DNA of 64,000 bases, taken from Octopus sinensis (taxonomy: Eukaryota). The stretch lies in contig NC_043015.1 of assembly GCF_006345805.1 (NCBI RefSeq), positions 26,412,001 through 26,476,000 of the forward strand. The letters run 5' to 3'. A model generated the notes under the pieces. That model did no database searches and was not told the origin of the DNA. It saw only the letters and a program-made list of their open reading frames with translations. The position numbers and the translations under genes are program-made. Numbering within the stretch: position 1 is the stretch's first letter; every line of letters starts with the position of its first letter. Below are positions 52,682 to 64,000 of this stretch, in pieces.

Positions 52682-55149
52682 CATACATACATTATATATA
52701 TATGAATATATATCAATTATCTACATATATACATACGTTCCATGATATAAAAATATATATCGAACAATATATCTTTATAATTATAAACAAAATAATTTAT
52801 AAACAAAAAGCATAATAATAATTGTAGAACTAACGATAACGATAAGAGCTTCAAAACCGAACAACAAAATAATAACAACAACGTCATCTAGCACACCAAA
52901 CACAAGTATAGTTCTTATTATTAATATTTTTATTCTGCTCATTAATGTTTTTTGTTTGTTTTTGCTGGGGTTATTTTGCATCAAAGGGACTACAAAGAGA
53001 CATAACTGCGATATTATATCAATGTTATGACAATGACGAAATATAATATTCCACAGAAATAACATAGATATTTTGGTGTGAACATACAGAGATATAGGTA
53101 CAGAGAAATATATACATGTCCTTATGTCAATATATATCTATGAATGCTGCGTGTGTGTGTGTGGATGCGTGCGTGTGTACATGCGTGTTTGTGCATTTCT
53201 ACATATATATATATACATATCACTCACACAGATATATTCATTTCAATACGTGTACACAACAATGTATGTGTATTTACATGCGTTCTGACATATGTACGTG
53301 CATCCACACATAAAATAGAGGCGTACAATCACTCGCATTTTCATACTTACATGTACATATGGATACATATTTGTATACATGGTAGGAGCCAACTCGTGAG
53401 CGGGTGAGGCCACTTTCTATATTCAGCAATTGCATGTAAACATTCCGACAGTCCAAGAATTCCTGTACTTGAATTCGTTTTCAGAGGATAAAATGTTGCA
53501 CACCACTTTACAACGCAATCCATTATAAAACCAATGACACAACAGAGGCTGAGGTGACTCGAAACTAACAGGTTTTAGAAGTTTACCTTCAACTAGAAAG
53601 AAGTTCAAACGAGAACTAGGGGTCCTTCACCCCCAGTTACTAGCATGCTAATTAAACCATAGCTGAGATCCTGACATGTACTACCACACTAGGTTAGAGT
53701 AAAGCTGAGAAGAATATTGGCTTTCACACTCCTCAAACATCGCCTCGAGTATTCATATCAGGGCCCCACTAACGGAAGCTGTTTAAAGTCACACCCAAGA
53801 CATACATGTATATATTGTATGTATGTACACGTAAATGCATGCGGCGGGAGAATGTCATCGCAAATCGACAATCACGTCATAGCCTCCAGTTTCAGTAGGA
53901 AATGTTCCAGCTTCATTGGAGATATCGTAAAGAATCGGTTAGAATTTGCGCACAGCTATAAATGATTTCAGTGGGGAAAATGCGCTCTGATGTGTATTGC
54001 AAGAGATTTGTAATTTTTTGACATATTCTCTATTATATTCATGTTACGTGACACAGTAAGCGATGCCATTCTCTATTACGTTTGTGTCACTTGACACAGA
54101 AAACGAGCAAATCCATTCTATTTCTTTTTACTCAATTTAACACACAGAATATTGTTCATCGTCATAGATAAAGTGTGTTCATTGTTTCTTCTTGGGTTCA
54201 ACAATGATTCATGCAAAATACGACACAAATTAATACATTGGGAGCGGGATTATTTAACGTATAGGGCTGTATTTTCAACCGACAGCTTTCGGTTGCTCCT
54301 ACCGTCCTAGGAGAATGAATTATTCGACGAATGAGAAGTTTATTTTGTTCACTTCTGTTTTGTCTTCTGTACGGAATAGTTTTCTACAGACGCTTGGTTT
54401 TCTGGACGTTTGCGTTTAGTGTTACTCAATAATTTGATTGAAACTTGATAATTACACGTTGTCTTCTTGACGGCATTGAGAAAATTTATTCTCATCTTTG
54501 GTTTCGCTTATTTGTAAATTTGCTGAAGCTAAAATAGTTTCATTCTTGGAGAAGACACATATATTTACACAAGGATGTTCGTGGTGCTGAAGTGAAGTGT
54601 ACACTAGGTGACACTGAGATCTTTAAATTACCTTATATGCCTTGATACTGTGAAGTGTTTATTCTTTTTCATTTCCAAAGCAGAATTATAGTTTAAGAAC
54701 CAGTTGTAGAAGCTGCCTTTGTATATTCTGCTAGGAAATCTACAGGCTTTTATGTCTCTTGGGACAGCCCGCGTTGCTTACTTCATAAGCGATTCAGATT
54801 TGCATAAATATATCAGAGAGGAATATTTATTTTCTTAGATGCACTTAGCTCCCCTGCTGACCCTTCCGATAAAATCATTCGAAAACTGCCTACGGAATGC
54901 TGTTATTGGGATATAAAAACGCGTGTGAGTGCGTGCATGTGTGTGTGTGCTTTAGCGTTTGTGTATTTGTGTGTGCATCCGCGTGTATGTGTATGTATGC
55001 AATTGTTAGTTTTATTTTACTATTGTTATCATCATCATCATTACCATTAATACGTAAGAGGGATAGAAAATACTGTCCTTTGCGTCTTTATTCTTCGGGT
55101 TAACTATCAAGCCTTGACAAAAGACTTAAAACAGAAATTATTTTTATAA

Positions 55150-56200
55150 AAATATCGCACAGAGAGCAGGTCTGTATTGCATTTGTACGCCCACTTTTAA
55201 TTCCCAAACGTTCTGAGTGAAAAATATGTACAAACTCTTAACTTTATTTTTCGTTGATGCTGCCCAGTCTGATTGGTCCATCTTCTTGATTATTCCTAGG
55301 CTTTCTAGTCTTTCAAGTTTCTTGTTTACCTGGTCTATTGCCATAAATGGTACATTCCGTTTTGGCTTAAACACAGGTGTTGCATTTTGTTTTCCTATAA
55401 TTTTTGCCTTTGTTTTCGGGCAGCAGCCCAGTTCCTCCAAGGAAAAATCTGGGAATAAATGTATCGTTTTTCATTTCAAATCCCCCAGCCGCATTCGAAC
55501 CTTCGACTGAACTGACTATATTCCATCACAAAACACTTATAGGCGTATTCCACAATTTGAACAGTTCCATCCACTCAGTGTCGAGTAGATTTTCTGTGTC
55601 GTGTCAAAATTTACTATTTTTTCACATTATTCTGGCACTTGTAAGGTTACAGCTTGTTTTTTTCCCCCAGCTTAGCAAGAATTCTCGGTCTTACTTCTGC
55701 GTCTATTTCTGCAGTTAGCCCCCGAGTAAATATCAGACATTTGAACGTTTCTAGCGTTACTTCGTCCAGTTTGAACTTTTCGCATTCTCTGTTAACTCTG
55801 CCAACATGTGTGATGTAGTCCTCCTCGTTGTTCTTTTCTAGCTTCAGACATTTCCAGCATGTAGTGAGCAACGAGCTTTCCTCGCTAAAACTTTTACATA
55901 ATATGTCTATTATATCTTTAAAGTTTATGTCAGAAGGTTTTCTTTTTTTTTCTGGAGTACGTAATTGTTGTAACGCTCATGTTACAGTTTTCTTAGGACT
56001 AGACGCGTTTTTATATAGTCGTTCCAATCTTTATTGAAGATCTGTTCGTATCTTTTATAGTACGCTTCGAATGTAACTCCTTTGTCTGGTTTATATTTAA
56101 ATTCTGTTATTGAGTTTGCAACATAATCTGGTGGGTACATGCCCTTTACTGCGAACACTTTTATAAATAGCCAAACCGGCACATAACGGGGAAAATACTT
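55150..56200 (-). mobile_element. Ty3/Gypsy LTR retrotransposon remnant (gag plus start of RT, internally deleted)
   Basis: NSITEFKY.PD.G.TFEAYYKRYE.IF, KTRLVLRKL, RVNRECEKFKL, FKCLIFTRGL, then PVFKPKRNVPF...LERLE.LGIIK....WAA. Confidence 0.8.
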
Positions 56201-56836
56201 TGAAATTAAGGTACCGAAGTTATTATTGTTGTTATTATTATTAGCTTTTCTTTATTCAATTTTGTTTCCACTTCTTGCCCAATGTCTTCCCGAAGGCTAG
56301 GGCAAAGAAACACTGTATACATCGAGAGAACATTAAAATAAACACACCACATTGCTTATGTACAAAATTAAGTCATGGGAATAAAAAGAATAAAAAAGAA
56401 CAAATAAAAAAGGCAAGAAAAGATAAAATATTACATGGGTTGTGGTCGTTCTCACACGAAATGCTCTTCTCAATGCATATGACGTACCAGTTAAGAAAAT
56501 CTGCTACACGTCTTGCATGGAAGTTAAGCCAGGAATCATTCTCAAATGATTTTCAGTTCCTATTTTCATCACTCCAAGTGCTCTTACTATCACTGGTTTT
56601 GTAACCGTTTTGAGATGCCACATATTTTTCAATTATAATTAGAAAATCTATATATTTTTTGAGGTTGTCAAATTCCTTTGCCGCGATATTATGATCACAA
56701 GGAATACTCATGGCGATCAATGAATAAACTTGTTTTGATCTTTCACAACAATATCTGTATTTTTTTTAGCTTTGAAGGTGCTGTCTCTTTGTACTCTAAA
56801 TCCCCAGAGTCGCTACATTTTCTCCATCAATTATTA

Positions 56837-56878
<42 letters not shown>

Positions 56879-56879
<1 letters not shown>

Positions 56880-57196
56880 AGACCCCCTTCGGTCATGAAT
56901 GACCATGGGATTGCACCTAGAAAGTTACCCTCCTAGACACAAGTCCGGGCAAGGTTGTTTATGGAAGGCCAGCAGTCGCCCATGCATACCAGCCTCCCCT
57001 CTCCACGACACAAGTGTTTTCCAAGGGAAAGACAAAGGTCGATACAGTTTGGCACCCATGACGTCGCAACTCATTTCTACAGCTGAGTGAACTGGAGCAA
57101 CGTGAAAATAAAGTGCCTTGCTCAAGAACACAACACGCAGCCCGGTCCGGGATTCGAGCTCACAACCTCACGATCGTAAGCTCGACGCTCTAACCA
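56879..57196 (-). mobile_element. tRNA-derived SINE family 3 with (AAT)n tail
   Basis: On -: TGGTTAGAGCG (A box)...GCTCGAATCCC (B box), GTGTTGTGTTCTTGAGCAAGGCAC core-like block; ends GGGGGTCTT(AAT)n. Confidence 0.8.
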
Positions 57197-57272
57197 TTAT
57201 TATTATCATTATTATTACTATTACTAATATTATTATTATTATTATTATTCATATTATTATTATTATTATTCA

Positions 57273-57321
<49 letters not shown>

Positions 57322-57430
57322 ATCAATATTCATATTATTATTATTATTATTATTATTAATATTAATATTATTATTATTATTATTATTACTATTACTACTA
57401 CTGCTCCTACTACTACTACTGCTGCTGCTG

Positions 57431-57496
<66 letters not shown>

Positions 57497-57510
57497 TAAT
57501 TAATATTATT
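57197..57510. repeat. (ATT)n/(ACT)n/(GCT)n trinucleotide tract
   Basis: Direct tandem; source of poly-I/L/N/S/T ORFs. Confidence 0.95.
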
Positions 57511-57991
57511 GAGTGAGAGAGCAGTGCATAGAATCAAAGTGACATTGGGGTACAAATATACGAAGCCCAGTATATCATAACTACCCGTCTGATAAGAGTA
57601 TACTAAGCACAGGCATCACAACCATATGTGCTCGACAAGGGGATCTCATATCAAGATTAACAGTTACAATTTTCTTCGTGTAGAGTAGTCAATTCTGCTC
57701 AAGAGGTCCCTGAATAAGGGTTGTTTAAGGATGTTGAACGAAACACCCATGTTTCTAGAGGTGAATTATCCAAATCCTAAAGAATTCCTCTCAACACTTG
57801 GCTATGATGCTTCCTCACTTCTGCTCGTGATCAGAGATGCACATATCTTCAGCCACTAAGGAAGAGACACGTTCAACTCGTTAAGGTCAAACAACTGACA
57901 AGCAAATCTGTGGTATTGAGCAGAATATTTGCCCATCTTTTATACCAAGACAAAACAATGTATATGATTACACTTCCAATCAGTTAAGATC
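57511..57991. repeat. Interspersed repeat, probably a LINE 3' or UTR remnant
   Basis: Resembles a common octopus repeat I recall; abuts a trinucleotide tail; no protein motif found. Confidence 0.4.
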
Positions 57992-59027
57992 TATCTGGAG
58001 CTGATAGAACTATTAGAACGCTTGGCAAAACGATTAGCGGCTTATTGCCCGTCGTTATCTTCTGAAATCAAATTCCGCCCAAGTCGACTTGCTTTTCGTT
58101 CTTTTAGAGTCGATTAAATTACAACCAGTTGAGCACGGATCGTGTAATCGACCACTCCCCACTTCCTGCTCCAAATTGTCTGGTCTTGTGCCTATTGTAG
58201 GGGCAGTTTTTGGATAACAAACGCCGACACAAATACAAAGACCTACGAACATACACACACACACACACACACACACATGTATATTACGTGTGTATTTATG
58301 TGTGTGTGTATGTATGTGGCTATGTGTGTGTGTACGCCGGGACTTTTAAACAAATTCTTTCACAATGTGCTGGTCGACAGCGAGCTACAGCAGAAGAGAC
58401 TGCCGAAGATGCCATGCATTGGGACTGAGCTCCAGAATCATTTGGTTACGAAACGAATGCTAGAAACAGATAACCGTGCCTGTTACAAATTCCCAGGATA
58501 TATTATTAATAGTTGCTTAGACCTGCCTATAAACATAGATTGCCATTTCGATGACCAGGCAACCAGAATTGAAATTCACATTTGTTTTATTTTGTTTTCT
58601 AATTTATTTATTATTTTGTCACTAGAATCACAACCAGCACATGAGATTAACTTATGTTTCCCATTATATGTTATTTGATAAATATTCTTTTGTATGCATG
58701 TGTAGAACTAGTCTTTGATATTCTACGATTAATAACTGACTTTCCATATCTGCCGCTCATTCCCAGGAATACTGAACTATAGTTAGCTTCAGTATTTTCA
58801 CGGTAATTTATTATTGGTGGGGTTTAGTATTGTTTCACCAATTCGTACTCTCGACCTCAGTAGTGTATTCGTTACCAATCTCTAGAGAATTTCTTCGAAC
58901 TTTGCAGCATTAGATTCAAAACCAGAAGTGAAGAATTTTATCCCCCAAATATTTTGAGAATTTGTCAGCACTGCATGCTTTCATTCTGCTTCAGGTTTCA
59001 TTGAATACTTAAATTCTTCAATAGTTA

Positions 59028-59174
<147 letters not shown>

Positions 59175-59304
59175 TTGTGTGTATGTGTGTGTATATGTTT
59201 GTATGTATGTATGTATGTATGTATGCGTGTGTGTGTGTGCGTTTGCCCTTATCACTATTTCCAATTCATTAAGCTTTATCGTGATGTTTAACTTGTTTGG
59301 CCCA

Positions 59305-59314
59305 TTATTATTAC

Positions 59315-59347
<33 letters not shown>

Positions 59348-59379
59348 CATTATTATTGTTATTATTATTATTATTATTA

Positions 59380-59437
<58 letters not shown>
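59305..59437. repeat. (ATT)n microsatellite
   Basis: Direct tandem. Confidence 0.95.
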
Positions 59438-59683
59438 TCTTCGTATTAGTGTTGCTGTTTTGTTGTTGTTGTGGTTGTTGTTATTTCTAGTGTTGTTGTT
59501 ATGATAATAATGTTGTTAAGATAACGATAGAAATTTAAACAAATATCCCACCTGGTTAGAAGGCAATGTATATATATATATATATCACGAAATATATGCA
59601 CACAGCACACATATAATATATACGTAATATACACATACAGAGGCCTATATGTGTGTGTATGTGTATATACATACATATGAATG

Positions 59684-59718
<35 letters not shown>

Positions 59719-59721
59719 ATA

Positions 59722-59760
<39 letters not shown>

Positions 59761-61041
59761 AATATATATATATACATATATACATATTTATATATATACA
59801 AATACATATATATGCACACATATAATATATATGTAATATACACACGTGTAGCCATATATATATGTGTGTGTGTGCATGTGTGAATTCTCTCCAACTCGTT
59901 ATTTCTTTTCTTCTCTTCTCTGTTATATTTGGTTTTCTTTCATTTCTTTCGCACGATATATTAACTGGATGAAATAAAGTGATAAACTTCATGCAGGAAT
60001 ATCTTCACAATGGCCGCCTGAATATCAAAGGTTGCATAAAATAAAAGATATATTGAATATTTTTGCTGTTTTGTGACTTTTTTTCGATCATTTCCAGAAC
60101 CTTCTTATTTTGTGTTATCAGTATAGAGATGCACATTTGATATGAAAACTGTATCTGTTTCTAATCTTATTTTTATATAAAGGCGGTGGATTCGGCAGAA
60201 TTTCGTAGAATACCTGACCAAATGGTTTCATGTATAAAGTCACGAGAATATGTATTCTCTGTTTCGAGTTCAAAATCCGGTGAGGTTTTGAATCAGTTCT
60301 CGATAATATAAGGAAACAGCTTAGTGATTGGCTCGTATGAATCTATTCTGACAATTCCCAGAAATATATGGGAACCATCCTAAGGTTGTGGACTTGAAGA
60401 ATCGTTAGAGCATCGGTAAAAATGCCTTACGTTTTTTGTTCCTGCTTTTTACATTGAGATTCCGCTAAAGCCAACATTGCTTTACATCAGGGTTCAATAA
60501 AAGGACCGGTTAATTACTGAATTTGATGTAATCGAATATATATTTCTCACTACATTATTGGCCACGTGTATAAATCTGAAAGCTTAATTCATGAGTACAT
60601 CGTTAGAGAATAGGCGGAATCGTTGGAGAAGAGGAAAAGAAATGTTTTACATGTGTGTTCAAATCCCGCCTAAATCAACTTTAATTCTCTTTGTTCCAAG
60701 GTCGATAAAATAAAGCAGCACTTCAAAATTTCGGCTCTTTTACCATTGTTAGCAACAAATATTTATGCCTGTAAGAAATTGACCATTAGAACTACGACTG
60801 TGTTGAGAGAATAGGTAGTGTTAAAAGTTTTCGACGAAGGTCTATGAATACTGCAATCTAATTAGATGGAAAGCATGAAAGTTTCAGATGTAAGAAAGCT
60901 CAGAGCCGAGACATGAAAAGGTATTGTTTATTTCTGACAGCGTCCAGCTAAAAGTGCATGGCTATTAAAATAGTATAAATTAGATTTTACCGTCACTATG
61001 CATGTGTGTGTGCGTGTGAATGCATATGTATATTTATATGT

Positions 61042-61080
<39 letters not shown>

Positions 61081-61402
61081 CATACAAATATATATATATA
61101 TACATATATGTGTGTGTGTGTGTTTGTTGTTAATGTTGTCTCGTTTTGTGTGTACGTGTGTATTTGTATTGGCATATATTTACAAATTAATAATACATAT
61201 ATACGTATCAATCTATCTATATATATAGGTGTATGTATATATATGTATGTGTATGTATGTTTGTATATATACATACACACACACACATATATATACATAT
61301 ATATATATATATATAAGAATAATAATGTAGATACAAATATTTGTAATAACCATAGGAGATTGTAAGTCTATATATCCATATGTACGTCCATATGCCTACA
61401 TA

Positions 61403-62031
61403 TGAGGTGCGTTCAAAAAGCATCCGACTTTCTTTTTCCTCGCTGAAATTAATGGTGCTCTGGGAAAATCTTTTGGGTGGGAGGTTGGGAGGTGACGCTA
61501 CCCTTTGTGCGAATGTGTAAAAATTTTCAGGCCGGTAAGCAGCGTAAACGTTTTGGCTGTTATGCATAGATGTGTAGTCCACGCTAGTCCGGGTTTCATT
61601 TTCACACAAGATGACCGAACGCATCATCTGCCGGTCATAATCCGAGTCCCATCACCAGTGATGATGATCTTCATGCAGTCTGGGGCGTGGTTTACACAGT
61701 CCAGCATGTTTTGACCGATTTCCATGTCAAGTTGCTTCTGCTGCTCCACCACATAGATGTATGAATTTCACCGACAAACTCCGCATTCACATATCCCCCT
61801 TTCAAATGGAATACACTGTTCCTGCTTTTATTTCCACTTTGTAAGCCATTTACTGGATTGTTACACGATGGTCTTTCATGACTATTCACCGATCTTTCTC
61901 AATTGGCTACGCCTTTCGGCTTGTAGATGACCTGCCTCAGCGTGCCACGGTCTCCACCGAGGTTCGTCTTCTTTGAAGTGGTTGTACCACTCCTTGATCT
62001 GAGATATGCCCATGCCAAATCTCAGATCAAG
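61403..62031. mobile_element. Rearranged mariner remnant: 5' end on +, transposase segment inverted on -
   Basis: TA+TGAGGTGCGTTCAAAAAG TIR; ATG at 61611 (MTERI); - strand 61626-62010 gives decayed MGISQIKEWYNHFK..., KDHRVTI, MLDCVNH.P..MKIIITGD. Confidence 0.7.
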
Positions 62032-62194
62032 TGGATAGGACATACGCTGTGAATGTATTGAGTTGACGCTCAGTTTAAGATGGAAAGAAGAGGGGTTGTG
62101 TTAGATTTCGAGCATGGCTCGTCGGTACAGAGAGGAAAGAGGAAATTTGAAGAAGAGCGCGTGTTTATGGCTCATATATATGTATATATATATA

Positions 62195-63795
62195 CAGTTG
62201 CGGTTAAAATGTTCAGAACGGCATTGTTTTCGTCAAAAAAGTAGGTATAAGTTTTTATTAAAGTTGTTTTATATTCTATAATTTTCACAGACAATAAATA
62301 CAATATTATTTGTTATTGTCTGAGATTTTGGTGTAATTTCAGAGGATAATAAAAACGTTATGGATGATTTAGTGATTTACTGCAACACCCATGGCGGCCA
62401 AAATGATCAGAACGGTTGCTTTTACTCCGTGTTTTAGTATATTTAACCGTCGAACTCTAATGTTTTCAATTTGTTTACGTGACAGTTCGTTTACTGAACA
62501 TTAGTAAGAATATCTGCAGTGTACTTTGTTAATATAATGCCACTTACTCAGTTACCAATTCGTCATCAGATTATTAAGCTTCGAAAGAAGGATTATTTAA
62601 GTATTAGGTCTATTGCAAAGATTGTTAACAAGTCAAAAAGCGTTGTTCACGGTATTCTTAAGGTCTACGATGATTGTGGTTCGTGTGAAGCAAGAAATTC
62701 TACAGGTAGGCCAAGAAAAACGACCAAGAGAGAAGATTGTGCTATGGTAAAGTTGGTTAAAAAGGACAGATTTAAAACTGCTGCTGCTGTTTTTCGGGAA
62801 ATGAGCATTGTACTGAAGAAAACTTTATCTCGAAAAGGTGTGTCTCGTCGTTTAGTTGAACATGACCTACAAGCAAGAGCACCTGCAGTGAAGCCACTGA
62901 TCAGCTCCAAGAATAAAAAGTGTCGTCTTACCTTTGCAACAGAACATGTGTTGTGGTCTCAAGAAAAATGGCAAACGGTGCATTTCAGTGATGAATCTAA
63001 GTCTATGTTATTTGGCTCAGATGGGAAAAGGTACGTTCGTCGAAAAGCAGGTGAATAATTGTCACCTAAATGCCTTAAGACTAGTGTTAAATTCGGTGGA
63101 GGAAGTGTCATGGTTTGGGGGATGATATCTGGGCCCTTTGCTGCGATTACATGGAAAAGTAAATGCAGGAGTTTATAAACAACTTGTAAAAGATCATGTC
63201 TTGCCTGTGCTGAGAAATTCAACTAAGCGACCACCCATATTCATACAGGACAATGCCCCATGTCACGAGGCTAAGGTGGTCATGAACTTCCTCAAAGCTG
63301 AAAAGGTTATTGCTATGGATTGGCCTGCTCAAAGTCCAGACCTCAATCCTATTGAAAATGTGTGGAATATTCTAGGAGAACGTTTGAAAGCCAGAAATCC
63401 TAAAACTACCGAGCAATTATGGAATGCCCTTCAGGAAGAATGGAATAAGATCACCCAGCAAGAAATTGAAAATTTAATTTCCCCATGCAGTCGAAAATGT
63501 CAAACTTTGATTGAAGCTAAAGGGCTTCACACTACATATGAAATAATTACTTTTTGATTATTTTGTTATTTTTTCAGCCGTTCTGATCATTTTGGCCACC
63601 ATAGGTTTTGCAGTAAATCACTATATCATCCATAACTTTTGTATTGTCCACTCAAATTTCACCATAATCTCAGACAATACCAATTAATATTGTATGTATT
63701 GTCTGTGAAAATTATAGAATATAAAACAACTTTAATAAAAACTTATATCTACTTTTCTGACAAAAACAATGCCGTTCTGAACATTTTGACCGCAA

Positions 63796-63798
<3 letters not shown>
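62195..63798 (+). mobile_element. Tc1-family (DD34E) transposon with 221-bp IR/DR TIRs
   Basis: TIRs 62195-62415 and 63578-63798; TA on both sides; repeated [C/G]AAAATG[T/A]TCAGAACGG box at the outer and inner end of each TIR. Confidence 0.97.
62537..63557 (+). pseudogene. Tc1 transposase with premature TAA (63056-58) and a small frameshifting deletion
   Basis: GRPRKTT, HFSDES, KFGGGSVMVWG, IQDNAPCH, WPAQSPDLNPIEN; I count 34 residues between the second D and the E. Confidence 0.95.
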
Positions 63799-63839
<41 letters not shown>

Positions 63840-64000
63840 TATATATATATAATATATATATATATTATATATACATATAATTCTCAAATTCAAATTTTAT
63901 ATGTTAGTAGACTGCCCATGACAAGCTGAGTCACCATAAGTTCAAGGTACTCGAAAAAAACGCGTATGTCGGAAATCCGTGGGCAGATATACGCGAAACT

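Overview
This is AT-rich eukaryotic DNA. The repeat families and microsatellite density look cephalopod (Octopus-like), an inference from memory rather than a database match. Most ORF-track calls are translations of (TA)n, (CA)n or (TATG)n tracts. The real content is: (1) a dense set of Penelope-like retroelements (PLEs), including a Naiad-like GIY-YIG 3' fragment in a large palindrome (1330-5285), two decayed Neptune-like families lying tail-to-tail (about 23960-27754 on +; a 2-and-a-bit-copy tandem array at 28082-37545 on -), and a Hydra-like fragment with a 5' inversion; (2) several unrelated type I hammerhead ribozyme (HHR) motifs, most with self-complementary stem III, found both in PLE pseudo-LTRs and in ORF-less 380-560 bp retrozyme-like repeats that form tandem plus fold-back structures inside (TA)n tracts; (3) Tc1 and mariner transposons, a fold-back MITE, a Ty3/Gypsy remnant, RLE-type LINE fragments and many tRNA-derived SINEs; (4) a probable multi-exon host gene on + (six phase-compatible exons, 39556-46661) that I cannot name. 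The most interesting candidate system is the HHR-bearing, ORF-less tandem/fold-back repeats and the recurring '3' ends outward, 34-72 bp spacer' insertion geometry. All structures were read by eye; no folding, alignment or database search was run.
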